Positions 47,338-57,685 of a stretch of 64,000 nt of DNA are shown here, piece after piece. Each line of letters opens with the position of its first letter. The stretch's first letter is position 1. Location: IMG/VR virus record IMGVR_UViG_3300025770_000656. One strand, given 5' to 3'. The notes beneath the pieces were generated by a model that had not been told where the DNA came from, made no database searches, and was given only the letters and a program-made list of their open reading frames with translations. Made by a program: the position numbers and the translations under genes. Source of the stretch: a virus.

Positions 47338-47607
47338 ATGTTAATAAACGAAGTAACTGAAGGCTTGGCCTGGGCTAAGAGTGGCAATAAAGTCGTTCGT
47401 AAGTTCAGATGTACAAGCGGCAGACGCAAAGGACGTATTGTTGCAAAACCTGCACAATGCTTTGCGGCGCCAGATATGAAGAAGCGTATTAAATTAAAGA
47501 TGACAAAAATGCGTAAAGGAAGTCTTATGGCACGTAAAGCTAAGAAATCCAAACGTGTTAACCCTGCAAGCAGACGTGTAGCGGCATTGAATAAGGCAAG
47601 CAGATGA
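47338..47607 (+). CDS. Small basic putative internal head protein
   Basis: MLINEVTEG followed by a Lys/Arg-rich body. Confidence 0.65.
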   Translation: MLINEVTEGLAWAKSGNKVVRKFRCTSGRRKGRIVAKPAQCFAAPDMKKRIKLKMTKMRKGSLMARKAKKSKRVNPASRRVAALNKASR

Positions 47608-48344
47608 GAATTAAAGAAATATTAGAAGGAAAAAGCCCGCACCCCAAGGGCAGTAAAAAGTACAAAGCACACATGGCCGCAATGCATGCTAGTGCGGATC
47701 CAAAGGGTAAGATGATTAAAGAAGTTGTACTTGATGAATGGACAGTAAGTGATGTTGAAATTGCCATGAAGAAGAAATATGGTAAGATTGACAAAGAGGC
47801 AATAGAGAAATTGAAGAAAGTCCAATATAAAGGTAATGTTGACAGGAATGATCTTGTTAAAGTTGGACACGGCAAGTTGCATGTAGAATCCGTTGAACTT
47901 GATGAAGCAAAAGAATATGAAATAAAAAATGGTAAGATTCATATATCAAAAGCAAACTTTCGTAAAGTTCATAAAGACTATAAAAATTCCACAAAAGGCA
48001 AAGAGCGCATGATAGCACTTGATCCTAAATCTGGTGCAACCACATCCTATGAAGTTGTTTTTGAAGAAGGAAAAAGGCCGCACAAGATGATTGAAGGTGA
48101 GACCTTCCAATTAGACGAAGCACAATATTACATCTGGCAGATAGACGGAAACAGCGCCTTGGTCAGCGCAGTGGGCCCGGACGGACAGCCAGCACCAAAA
48201 GATCAGGCTAGACGCATTAACATAGGACAAAAAGTACTAGATATGAGCTCTGGCATGCCTACTCTGAGAGACAAGATTCAGATGGTGGCTATAGATAATC
48301 AATTAACGGGACAGATGGTAGACATCCAAGGGCGTGTACGATAA
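47604..48344 (+). CDS. Modular putative internal head protein
   Basis: Segments separated by VVLDE, VELDE, FQLDE. Confidence 0.6.
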   Translation: MRIKEILEGKSPHPKGSKKYKAHMAAMHASADPKGKMIKEVVLDEWTVSDVEIAMKKKYGKIDKEAIEKLKKVQYKGNVDRNDLVKVGHGKLHVESVELDEAKEYEIKNGKIHISKANFRKVHKDYKNSTKGKERMIALDPKSGATTSYEVVFEEGKRPHKMIEGETFQLDEAQYYIWQIDGNSALVSAVGPDGQPAPKDQARRINIGQKVLDMSSGMPTLRDKIQMVAIDNQLTGQMVDIQGRVR

Positions 48345-48574
48345 TGCGTGTTGTCGAGTTTACCAACAGCCATAACGTAGTTATTACTAATGAAGAACAA
48401 GATATACTACAACAAGTTATTAATGACGGTAGTATAGAGAAGAAGAAGTTTTCAGAAAGAGATGCACAAATTGCAAATCAATTAGTTAATAAAGATCTAT
48501 TGCTTAGAAAGAAAATCAATGACCAGATCACATATAGCCCACAGCCTAGAACAAAAAATATCACAGTTAGTTAA
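48344..48574 (+). CDS. Hypothetical protein
   Basis: 76 aa, TAATG-coupled. Confidence 0.65.
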   Translation: MRVVEFTNSHNVVITNEEQDILQQVINDGSIEKKKFSERDAQIANQLVNKDLLLRKKINDQITYSPQPRTKNITVS

Positions 48575-48944
48575 GTCTAACAATACTATAAAAATTCTTA
48601 AAAAGGACAATGCAGTCTTTGTTAATGATGAAACTGTAGTTTCTCAGTATGGGCTTCATGTAGTTAAAAATCATAACCCAGTGTTTCTTGTTAAGAAATC
48701 AGCAGTTGCATACGCTATATGTATAGCAACTAAAGATGATTCACTGGCAAAAACTATTGTACAGTTAGATCATACGTATAGGAAGCTAACTGAAGACGCA
48801 TTGCGCTATTCGTATACTATGAAAAACGCAAGTAACCAAATTTCGCAAGAAACTGCGGCTAATAGGCTGTCAGCAATAAAACCTCGTTTGTCTAATGTTA
48901 GAGATGAGCTGACACAAACTTTAAAATCAATTAAAATAGCATAA
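48519..48944 (+). CDS. Hypothetical protein
   Basis: 141 aa; start overlaps upstream gene. Confidence 0.6.
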   Translation: MTRSHIAHSLEQKISQLVKSNNTIKILKKDNAVFVNDETVVSQYGLHVVKNHNPVFLVKKSAVAYAICIATKDDSLAKTIVQLDHTYRKLTEDALRYSYTMKNASNQISQETAANRLSAIKPRLSNVRDELTQTLKSIKIA

Positions 48945-48969
48945 ATATAACAAAGCTAAGGAAGAAACA

Positions 48970-49986
48970 ATGTACCTAGATGATTTAATCCCAGCCCCAA
49001 CTAGTAGCAAAGTTGCTACTGTAGCGAACAAAGTTTTTGGCTACACACTAGATTTGGAGAGCTTGACCCCAGAAAAAGCAAAGAAACTACAAGAATCTTT
49101 TACCAATCGCATTTCTCATCTTGATAAAAAGATGGGTACAAAAGCCGCTGGAAACAAGATTTACTTGGAAAGTAAGTTATTTTTGGAAGCAATAGACAAG
49201 TTTATTGCTGAAAATGAAGTAGATGATGATGCAATGCGTGAGTTAGAATTGTATTCAGAAAATGATGGCGATCTTTACAGACAGAGTTATGTTCCTATTG
49301 CAAAGAACCTAAGCAAGAAGTTTAAGAAGGGTAACTACGACAGTGAGCTAGCCCAGAAACTTTGGAAGTATCATGCAGACAGGGCCGCACAAAAGTATGG
49401 CATGGACCACGCTGGTGGTGCAAAAGATGGACTACGCATGTTTAGTCCTGATACACGTAGAGCATTAGCTGCTTCATTAGAAGATGCATGGCACCAAGAA
49501 ATGCAAGCGGGTAATTTCATGGAATCAAATGTAAATGAAAGTGTTATTACTGAAGGCGAACTGGAAAATGCAGAACTAGTTTTAGCAGCTAAAGACATGG
49601 TAGACAAAATCCAAGGCATGGTTGAAGATCTAGGCGAAATACAAAACGAACAACTGGGACCACTTACAGATGCAATCCGCGACGAAATGGGTACAGACGT
49701 TGCAGACCAATTTAAAGGTGCTATGGAGTCAGTTATTGTAAACGCACTAGAAGGAATGAGACAGTCACGTGATGCTGCAGAGCAAAGCAGTAGGATTTTA
49801 CAAGGCGAGATGCCAGCACCAATGATGGGTGACGAGCCAGCCATGGACGATCCAATGAGTCCAGAAGACCCAGCAATGGAACCAACCATGGACATGGACA
49901 TGGAACAGCCTACTGAAGAGGATTTTGCAGCTGCCGACGCCGCTCAAGCAGGTGATGAAGAACTAGGCAGAGAGCGTCGTGAATAG
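48970..49986 (+). CDS. Putative prohead core/scaffold-like protein
   Basis: Acidic helical protein, Pro/Met/Asp-rich tail, ends ELGRERRE; late motif at 48940. Confidence 0.55.
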   Translation: MYLDDLIPAPTSSKVATVANKVFGYTLDLESLTPEKAKKLQESFTNRISHLDKKMGTKAAGNKIYLESKLFLEAIDKFIAENEVDDDAMRELELYSENDGDLYRQSYVPIAKNLSKKFKKGNYDSELAQKLWKYHADRAAQKYGMDHAGGAKDGLRMFSPDTRRALAASLEDAWHQEMQAGNFMESNVNESVITEGELENAELVLAAKDMVDKIQGMVEDLGEIQNEQLGPLTDAIRDEMGTDVADQFKGAMESVIVNALEGMRQSRDAAEQSSRILQGEMPAPMMGDEPAMDDPMSPEDPAMEPTMDMDMEQPTEEDFAAADAAQAGDEELGRERRE

Positions 49987-51565
49987 ACTATTTAAAGAAT
50001 ATTTAAAAGAAGCAGACGAAAATCCAGCCAACATTATTTTGAGTGTATCTGAACTTGTACGCAAAGATGCGGACAGTGAAGATGAAGTTGCTAAAACTAG
50101 TATTCCTTATTTTTTAATGTTGTTAAAAAATGCTGGACTTCCAATTAGCTATGCTGGTTTAAAATCATATTACAATGCTCATCCAGAATTAAAAAATGTT
50201 ATACAGACATTTAATGACAGTGAAATTGTGTTTGTAGGACAGGGCGATGAAAAAGATGGCGAGTCACTGGGCGAGCCACAAGGAGAAGTTCCACCCGAGG
50301 AGGTTGTTGATAAAATGGCAAAACGTGCAATGAAAGCTAGAGAACAAGTTGACCTTGATGAAGCAATGGGCAGTATGAAACCAGAAACAGGTGTTAAAGG
50401 CATCATTATAACCAAGTTGGCTATTGATATGTCCCGACAGGGTATGTCTGATGCTGAAGTTTTTAAACAGATGAAATTACTTCGTAAAAAGAAACTACCA
50501 GAACTGAGGAAACTTGCTAAAGAATTACAAATGAAACTATTAAAAAAAGAAGAAGTTGAACTTGATGAAAAAGCAGACTTGAAAAAACTTGATACAAATC
50601 AACTTGAGAAACAGTTAGGATTGTTAAAAATTGGAAAACCAACATCAAGAATGAAAGATACCGCTAAAAGAATTAGGGATGAACTGAAAAGTCGTGGAAT
50701 CAAGGCAGAAGAAGTTGACCTTGATGAAGACGAATATGCTGCACTGGACAGTTTTACAAATAGCGTAGACTTAACTCCAGAGGAAGAAGCTAAGATAGCC
50801 GCAGGTCCAGATGCATACGAAGCTGACGAAAAACTAATGGCAAAGCTAATGGATCACTTTAGTGATGGAATGCCTTACGGAATGCAAAAAGGCAGAACAG
50901 GCGATCCATACGATTTTATATACCAGGAGTTAGATATGATGGGGTTAATTAAAGAATCTGTAGAAGAGGCAGCATTTGGTGGCACAATAGACAAGATGCA
51001 ACACATTGTGGATAATAAGTCAGCAATGGAAATTGACGGCGTAATGGTGGATACATTTACAGCCAGTCTTATTATGGACATCTTCAGCAAAGTAAACAAA
51101 GACAACCAGGACAAGATGCGTAAAATGCCAGTGGAAAAATTAGCAAGTGCAGCATACAAGTTGGCTAACCGTTTCAAGGAAGATGTTGAAGAAGGTTATT
51201 ATGTAATGCCTCCTATAGATAGAGAGCGTTACACAGATTTACCAGGCCTAGAAGGACCATTTACAACACGCTCAGGCAAAGTTGTTTACTACGATCCCAA
51301 AGAAGGAAAGTATTACGATAGAGATTCAGATATGTATCTGACTTACGATGAGTTTAAGGCTCATGATCAAAGTAGACCAGATGAGACTGTTAAGAAAGCA
51401 TCTGACAAGTCAGCCAAATACGGTGGAAGTGGTCCATATGGATCGCACACACTGGCCGATCAACAAAAAGAAGATAAATTTGATTACTGGCAGTCACCAA
51501 ATAGCCTAGCTAAACTTGCTGGTATTAAAGAGCGTAGTCTTACAATGGCTGAAAAAAAAAGATGA
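49979..51565 (+). CDS. Large modular acidic putative prohead/internal protein
   Basis: Repeated V(D/E)LDE junctions; ends at an A9 run, probably continuing in 51562..51678. Confidence 0.6.
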   Translation: MNRLFKEYLKEADENPANIILSVSELVRKDADSEDEVAKTSIPYFLMLLKNAGLPISYAGLKSYYNAHPELKNVIQTFNDSEIVFVGQGDEKDGESLGEPQGEVPPEEVVDKMAKRAMKAREQVDLDEAMGSMKPETGVKGIIITKLAIDMSRQGMSDAEVFKQMKLLRKKKLPELRKLAKELQMKLLKKEEVELDEKADLKKLDTNQLEKQLGLLKIGKPTSRMKDTAKRIRDELKSRGIKAEEVDLDEDEYAALDSFTNSVDLTPEEEAKIAAGPDAYEADEKLMAKLMDHFSDGMPYGMQKGRTGDPYDFIYQELDMMGLIKESVEEAAFGGTIDKMQHIVDNKSAMEIDGVMVDTFTASLIMDIFSKVNKDNQDKMRKMPVEKLASAAYKLANRFKEDVEEGYYVMPPIDRERYTDLPGLEGPFTTRSGKVVYYDPKEGKYYDRDSDMYLTYDEFKAHDQSRPDETVKKASDKSAKYGGSGPYGSHTLADQQKEDKFDYWQSPNSLAKLAGIKERSLTMAEKKR

Positions 51566-51678
51566 AGCATTACGAAAAAAAATTAAGTAAAGCAGACTTT
51601 ATTGATCGCTACGGTAAAAAAGAAGGCGAAGCCATATACTACGCTACAGCAACTAAAATGGCAAAGGATAACGCATAA
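51562..51678 (+). CDS. 38-aa ORF, probable C-terminal continuation of 49979 across a frameshift
   Basis: MKHYEKKLSKADFIDRYGKKEGEAIYYATATKMAKDNA; one extra A in the A9 run at 51552-51560 fuses the frames. Confidence 0.55.
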   Translation: MKHYEKKLSKADFIDRYGKKEGEAIYYATATKMAKDNA

Positions 51679-52037
51679 TGGCATACTTCCCTACAGGCGC
51701 ACAAGCAAGAGAACGCTCGCAAGGTAACAATATCTTAGCTCAGCAAATTGCCATCATGGAAGTAGCAGTTCTAAATGCTATCACCGCCAGCGCATTTGAA
51801 GCAACAATTAGTAATAGCACCACAGTTAGTATTCAAGGAACTACTATCACAGGTAGTCCAATGACTGACAATGATACTGATGGACTAAACTACTACAAAG
51901 CCTGGCAGGGAACTATTACTGATGATGTTAAAGTAGAGCAAATGAACGAAGTTATTAACCACTTTAAGTCAAAAGGTTTTACATGTGCAAGAAAAAGTAC
52001 TTCTGGCACATATTTTTATTGGTATATCACCTGGTAA
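51678..52037 (+). CDS. Hypothetical (probable virion) protein
   Basis: 119 aa, TAATG-coupled. Confidence 0.65.
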   Translation: MAYFPTGAQARERSQGNNILAQQIAIMEVAVLNAITASAFEATISNSTTVSIQGTTITGSPMTDNDTDGLNYYKAWQGTITDDVKVEQMNEVINHFKSKGFTCARKSTSGTYFYWYITW

Positions 52038-52054
52038 TCTGTTACAATTAGAGT

Positions 52055-52660
52055 ATGATACGAATATACGAACACAGTCTGTTCTGTGTAGGATTAATTC
52101 CCAAAACTGGCAGTGCAAATTTACAAAAATGGTGTTTAGATAATGGTTTTACAGAAACATATGATGTGCCTAAATCTAAACCATTGTACAGTATTTTTAG
52201 AGATCCACAAGAACGTATTCCCAGTTGCATTGCAACAGACATAAATGAAGTTGTATATGCGTATTATAATATTTCAGATCTTGTATGGGATTACAAACTT
52301 TACGAAAAAAAATATCTATCTATTATAGAGAAATGGAGTAATAATCCGTGTGTGCCTGTAAAGGTAGATAATATTCAAGCTCAAGCAAAACATTACTTGC
52401 CGTTAACCGATTACATAGATGTTACACAAAACATTAATTGGATAAAATTATCTGATTTAGATAAATTTCCAGAATATAGTAGTCAAACTTATAACATTAA
52501 CTTTCCTTTTGGATTACAGGGTGCTAGGGATCATCCAGATCAAGTTAAATGGTTAGATTGGAGATTATTTTTAGATAAATGTGGTCCAAAAGCACATAAT
52601 TTAATAAACAATTTAATCGAAGAGGATACATTTATTCCCCAGGAATTTTTAAAATTATGA
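52055..52660 (+). CDS. Sulfotransferase-like protein
   Basis: IPKTGSA (5'-PSB-like) and FRDPQERIPS (3'-PB-like). Confidence 0.55.
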   Translation: MIRIYEHSLFCVGLIPKTGSANLQKWCLDNGFTETYDVPKSKPLYSIFRDPQERIPSCIATDINEVVYAYYNISDLVWDYKLYEKKYLSIIEKWSNNPCVPVKVDNIQAQAKHYLPLTDYIDVTQNINWIKLSDLDKFPEYSSQTYNINFPFGLQGARDHPDQVKWLDWRLFLDKCGPKAHNLINNLIEEDTFIPQEFLKL

Positions 52661-53334
52661 TTACAGAAAAATATGATTACTACAGCCTGTCACGTAAAAA
52701 CGTAAACGGCCGTAGAATGTACTCTACACCAGACGGTTTAGCAGTACCAAGCGTAACAACAATCCTAGATAAAACAAAACCTGAACGTGACAAGCAAGCG
52801 TTATTAAACTGGCGTAAACGTGTAGGTGAGAAAAAAGCAACAGAGATTGTTACTGAAGCCGCAGGGCGTGGTACACGTATGCACAAGTGGTTAGAAGACT
52901 ATGTAATCACTGGAGAACTAGGAACGCCTGGAAGTAACCCGTATAGTCAACAAAGCCATAAAATGGCTGAGATTGTCATTGAGCAAGGATTATCAAATGC
53001 TAATGAGTACTGGGGTACAGAGGTACCACTTTATTTCCCACAAGTATATGCTGGCACAACTGACTGTGTGGGCGTGTATAATGGAAAACCTGCTATAATT
53101 GACTTTAAACAAACAAATAAACCTAAAAAAACAGAGTGGATTGGTGATTACTTTATGCAACTATGTGCTTACGGTGAAGCACACAACGAAGTGCATGGAA
53201 CTAATATTCAGCAGGGTGTTATACTGATGTGCAGTGCAGATTTTGAATTTCAAACATGGACTATTAAAGGAAATGACTTCAAAAAGCACAGCCAGAACTG
53301 GTGGAAGAGAATTGGTGATTACTACGGCGCCTAA
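52657..53334 (+). CDS. PD-(D/E)XK exonuclease
   Basis: PSVTTIL, RGTRMH, GTEVPL, YAGTTD, IIDFKQT, QLCAY. Confidence 0.85.
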   Translation: MITEKYDYYSLSRKNVNGRRMYSTPDGLAVPSVTTILDKTKPERDKQALLNWRKRVGEKKATEIVTEAAGRGTRMHKWLEDYVITGELGTPGSNPYSQQSHKMAEIVIEQGLSNANEYWGTEVPLYFPQVYAGTTDCVGVYNGKPAIIDFKQTNKPKKTEWIGDYFMQLCAYGEAHNEVHGTNIQQGVILMCSADFEFQTWTIKGNDFKKHSQNWWKRIGDYYGA

Positions 53335-53372
53335 AATCATAAATACTATATATAAGATCAAGGAGTAGTATT

Positions 53373-54944
53373 GTGGCTGTAGTCCAGATAAGTCGTATTA
53401 CACATCGTAGTGGTGTTTCAGAAAATTTACCTCAATTAGCTAGAGGCGAAATTGGATTAGCGGTTGATACACGTCAGCTATACATTGGTAATGGTGGTGC
53501 AAATGCTCCAACTACAGAAAACCTTGAGATTTTAACCAGTCGCAGTGACGTTATTCAGCTAGCAGACACATATACATACAGCGATGACCAAATTGGGTTT
53601 AGTGCTCAAACTGGCGTTAGCAGTGCAATTCCTGTTACACGAACACTACAGCATAAGTTAGATGACTTTGCAAGTGTAAGAGATTTTGGCGCAGTTGGTG
53701 ACGGCGCCACTGATGATACAGCCGCTATTAACCGTGCATTATATGAATTATTTGCTAGAGAAACAGAAACTCGTATACGTAGATCATTATATTTTCCAGC
53801 AGGAAACTATTTGGTAACTAACGAGATTAAGATTCCAACTTATGCAAAACTAGTCGGTGAAGGGCCAGATAGTAGTATTATCCGTAGCACGGACACAACC
53901 GGCCCAGTTGCACAAGTTGCTGATAGTCTACAACAAATAGATGCTAGTGTGGGCTCAAGCAGTGCTACACAACCCAGCTTTATTACAGTTGAAGGTATGA
54001 CCTTTGATGCTGATAATGATATTGATGTGTTTAAAGTAGACCAAGCAAAAAATGTTCACTTTACAAATGTAAAATTTGTTGGTAATAAAACCACAGCACC
54101 TAGCAGTGTTGGCAATGCAAAAGCATGTGTTAAAATTACAAGCACTGCTAGTTTCCAGACAGAATTTATAACTTTTAGAAATTGTGTACTTGAAGGTCAA
54201 AGTTTTAACGTATTAGCAGACAATGACATGAAAGGCATTTTATTTGACGGTTGCACATTTAATATTGCATTCAAAGGATTTAAAATTGGAGAGAATGTAA
54301 CAGGTAGTAGCCCAAGTGTTATTGGACCTAAAAGCATGAAAGTTACAGGCAGTGTTTTTGATAATATTCATAACAATGCTATTCATCTTTACAGTACTAT
54401 ACTAGGATTTGTAAGTTCGCATAACATTTATAAAGACTGCGGCAACAGCGGCCTAGGAGTAGGAAATGCTAGTGCAGATGTTTTACTATATTCTGGCACA
54501 GGGAACTACAGTATTGCAGATAGTTTTGACAGACCAGATAGTGATGTTTCAAGCACTACTAGAAAAATAGATCAAGGCCAAACAAATATTACTACACAGG
54601 ATAATAGTTTACACGTAGGTAGTTACATACGAAAAGCAAATACTAGTATTACACTCGATAATAATAGTACAAAGAGTACAGGATTAACATTTGCTAGTAA
54701 CGGTGATTATTATGCTATTAAACTAGATTATTATATTTCTAGAAACAGTAAAATTCGTCAGGGCAAACTTAGAATAACACATGATGGCACTGCTCAAGTT
54801 TTAGATGATGAGTTTACAGAAAACAACGGCGATGTTGGTGTTTCATTTAGTATTTCACACGGTAGCAATATCACAACGTTAAATTATACAACAGATGCTT
54901 CAACAGCTGGTACAATGTACGTTTCAACAAGAATTATACGATAA
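53373..54944 (+). CDS. Tail fibre/spike protein with pectate-lyase-like beta-helix
   Basis: LPQLARGEIGLAVDTRQLYIG N-terminus; SVRDFGAVGDGATDDTAAINRA; LYFPAGNY. Confidence 0.75.
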   Translation: MAVVQISRITHRSGVSENLPQLARGEIGLAVDTRQLYIGNGGANAPTTENLEILTSRSDVIQLADTYTYSDDQIGFSAQTGVSSAIPVTRTLQHKLDDFASVRDFGAVGDGATDDTAAINRALYELFARETETRIRRSLYFPAGNYLVTNEIKIPTYAKLVGEGPDSSIIRSTDTTGPVAQVADSLQQIDASVGSSSATQPSFITVEGMTFDADNDIDVFKVDQAKNVHFTNVKFVGNKTTAPSSVGNAKACVKITSTASFQTEFITFRNCVLEGQSFNVLADNDMKGILFDGCTFNIAFKGFKIGENVTGSSPSVIGPKSMKVTGSVFDNIHNNAIHLYSTILGFVSSHNIYKDCGNSGLGVGNASADVLLYSGTGNYSIADSFDRPDSDVSSTTRKIDQGQTNITTQDNSLHVGSYIRKANTSITLDNNSTKSTGLTFASNGDYYAIKLDYYISRNSKIRQGKLRITHDGTAQVLDDEFTENNGDVGVSFSISHGSNITTLNYTTDASTAGTMYVSTRIIR

Positions 54945-54951
54945 TTTATAT

Positions 54952-55404
54952 ATGTTTTACGGGGATACTCAGTCCAGGCTTCTGGATTGGAAGAAATTTA
55001 GGTTAGAGATAGACACGTTGTCTGAAATTGATGCAATTCAGGCAACGTCTGCTTTATACAACACTGCACCAATAAGCAGTCAGTTTCTTTGTCCAGACTT
55101 TGTTGAAGACTGGCCAGACCCATGGCAATTAATTGTGGATAACTACTATGATGATATTGCAAAAGCATTGGGAATGTTGTATACTATGTACTATAGCAGT
55201 CATAATATGGCAGGAGAGATGCGTTGCTACAGGGATAACGACCGCAGTGAAGATTATAATTTAGCATGGTTAGGCCATGGGAAATATATACTTAATTACG
55301 ACTTAGATGTTGTAGTAAATAACACAAGCATAACAAATGAAATTAATTTAGTAACGCAGATAGGCGTAGAGGATCTAGTAAATGAGTCAAATTCAAGTCA
55401 CTAA
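54952..55404 (+). CDS. Conserved hypothetical protein
   Basis: RLLDWKKFR...WPDPWQLI; start moved to 54952. Confidence 0.65.
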   Translation: MFYGDTQSRLLDWKKFRLEIDTLSEIDAIQATSALYNTAPISSQFLCPDFVEDWPDPWQLIVDNYYDDIAKALGMLYTMYYSSHNMAGEMRCYRDNDRSEDYNLAWLGHGKYILNYDLDVVVNNTSITNEINLVTQIGVEDLVNESNSSH

Positions 55405-57673
55405 AAGAACCGGTCAACAAGAAGATCTAGACTTAGAAAAATTACATAAAGTGGTGGAATATGCGTGTGAAGGCGTTACTGGTGTGAGTGCCAGTGAGGT
55501 GGAAATCCGCAGCCACTTACAATTTTATGACGGCATTAAAACTAGTGATATCCAAGAAACCCTCATAAAAAGTACAGCAGATCTAATAAGTGAAAATACG
55601 CCCGGTTACCAATACGTAGCTGGGCGTTTAATTAACTATCATTTGCGTAAGATGGTATATAATACGTTTGAACCATGGCACCTTTATGATATCGTTAAAC
55701 GTAATGTAGATGCAGGATTTTATGACGATCAACTAATGGTGGATTGGACCAAAGAAGAATGGGACGAACTAAATCGATATATTAAACATAACAGAGATGA
55801 AGATCTTACATACGCTGGCATGGAACAGTTTCGTGGAAAATATTTGGTACAAAATCGTGTAACAAGGGAGATTTTTGAAACTCCACAAGTTGCATATATG
55901 TGTATTGCAGTTACTTTATTTGGCGGATATCCAAAAGAGACACGTATGAAATGGGTAAAGGATTACTATGACGCAATTTCAACTTTCTATATTAGTCTTC
56001 CTACTCCTGTTATGGCTGGTGTACGAACCCCACAGAGACAGTTTTCAAGTTGTGTTCTCATCGAAACCGGCGACAGTCTTGATAGTATTAATGCTACTGC
56101 TAGCAGTATCGTTAAGTACGTTAGCCAGAAAGCAGGTATTGGAATTGGAGCAGGCTCGATTAGAGCAATTGGAAGTCCAATCAGAAAAGGCGATGCCTAT
56201 CATACCGGAGTAATTCCTTTTTACAAGTTATTCCAGAGTGCTACACGTAGTTGCAGTCAGGGCGGTGTGAGGAATGGTGCGGCAACGCTATATTATCCAA
56301 TTTGGCATCTAGAGGTAGAAGATTTACTAGTGTTAAAGAACAACAAGGGAACTGAAGATAATAGAGTACGCCATATGGATTATGGCGTTCAGTTTAATAA
56401 GATGATGTATGAAAGACTATTAAACAACGGCAACATTACTCTTTTTTCGCCTGCTGATGTTCCAGGATTATATGAAGCATTTTTTGCTGATCAGGAAAAG
56501 TTCCAAGAGCTATATGAACGTGCAGAGCGCAATACACGTCTACGTAAAAAGACTATTAAGGCCAGTACATTGTTTAGTACATTTATGGAAGAGCGCAAAA
56601 ACACTGGCCGAATTTACTTAATGAACGTGGACCATGCAAACGATCATGGCAGTTTTAAACCAGACGTTGCGCCAATCCATCAAAGTAACCTTTGTTGTGA
56701 GATTGACTTGCCAACTAAGCCGTTAAATGATTACAATGATTCAGAAGGTGAGATTGCCTTGTGTACGTTGAGTGCAATTAACTGGGGGCTAATTAGAGAT
56801 CCAAAAGACTTTGAAAAACCATGTGAGCTAGCAGTTCGTGGACTTGATGCACTGCTAAGTTATCAAAATTATCCTGTTGAAGCTGCACGTACTAGTACAA
56901 TGAATCGTCGTCCACTTGGAGTTGGTATTATTAATCTTGCATATTTTCTTGCTAAGAATAATACTACGTACAGTGAGCCTAACCTAGAACTAGTTGACGA
57001 GTACGCCGAAGCATGGAGTTATTATCTTATTAAGGCTAGTGCTGATCTTTCTGTTGAACAAGGAGCATGCCCAAAGGTAGATGAAACCAAGTATGGCGAT
57101 GGTATTACTCCTAATCAAACATATAAAAAGGATGTTGACGAACTTGTTCCACACAAAGAGCGCATGGACTGGAAATCATTGCGTAAGCAACTAGCTGAAA
57201 CTGGCATACGTAATAGTACACTAATGGCACTTATGCCAGCAGAAACATCAGCACAAATTAGTAATGCTACTAACGGCATTGAACCCCCACGTAGTTATGT
57301 TAGTGTTAAGCAAAGCAAGGATGGCGTACTTAAACAAGTAGTGCCAGGCTATCCTAGGTTAAAAAATAAATATGATCTATTATGGGATCAAAAATCTCCA
57401 CAAGGATATCTTTCCATTATGGCAGTACTGCAAAAGTACATTGATCAAGGTATTAGTGTAAATACAAGTTATAACCCACAGTTTTTTGAAGATGAAAAGA
57501 TCCCAATGAGTACGATGCTCAAGGATATTATTACTGCCTACAAGTACGGTATGAAGCAACTATACTATTTTAATACATATGATGGTGCTGGTGATGATAT
57601 TGCAGAAAAAGAAGTAATTCATTTAGAGATACCAGATATTAAAGAAGAAGAATGTGACAGTTGTACTATATAA
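55382..57673 (+). CDS. nrdA: Ribonucleoside-diphosphate reductase class Ia alpha subunit
   Basis: ATP cone (VTKR), SLPTP, QFSSC, SNLCCE, MPAETS, C-terminal CDSC. Confidence 0.97.
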   Translation: MSQIQVTKRTGQQEDLDLEKLHKVVEYACEGVTGVSASEVEIRSHLQFYDGIKTSDIQETLIKSTADLISENTPGYQYVAGRLINYHLRKMVYNTFEPWHLYDIVKRNVDAGFYDDQLMVDWTKEEWDELNRYIKHNRDEDLTYAGMEQFRGKYLVQNRVTREIFETPQVAYMCIAVTLFGGYPKETRMKWVKDYYDAISTFYISLPTPVMAGVRTPQRQFSSCVLIETGDSLDSINATASSIVKYVSQKAGIGIGAGSIRAIGSPIRKGDAYHTGVIPFYKLFQSATRSCSQGGVRNGAATLYYPIWHLEVEDLLVLKNNKGTEDNRVRHMDYGVQFNKMMYERLLNNGNITLFSPADVPGLYEAFFADQEKFQELYERAERNTRLRKKTIKASTLFSTFMEERKNTGRIYLMNVDHANDHGSFKPDVAPIHQSNLCCEIDLPTKPLNDYNDSEGEIALCTLSAINWGLIRDPKDFEKPCELAVRGLDALLSYQNYPVEAARTSTMNRRPLGVGIINLAYFLAKNNTTYSEPNLELVDEYAEAWSYYLIKASADLSVEQGACPKVDETKYGDGITPNQTYKKDVDELVPHKERMDWKSLRKQLAETGIRNSTLMALMPAETSAQISNATNGIEPPRSYVSVKQSKDGVLKQVVPGYPRLKNKYDLLWDQKSPQGYLSIMAVLQKYIDQGISVNTSYNPQFFEDEKIPMSTMLKDIITAYKYGMKQLYYFNTYDGAGDDIAEKEVIHLEIPDIKEEECDSCTI

Positions 57674-57685
57674 AAGGAAGTAACC

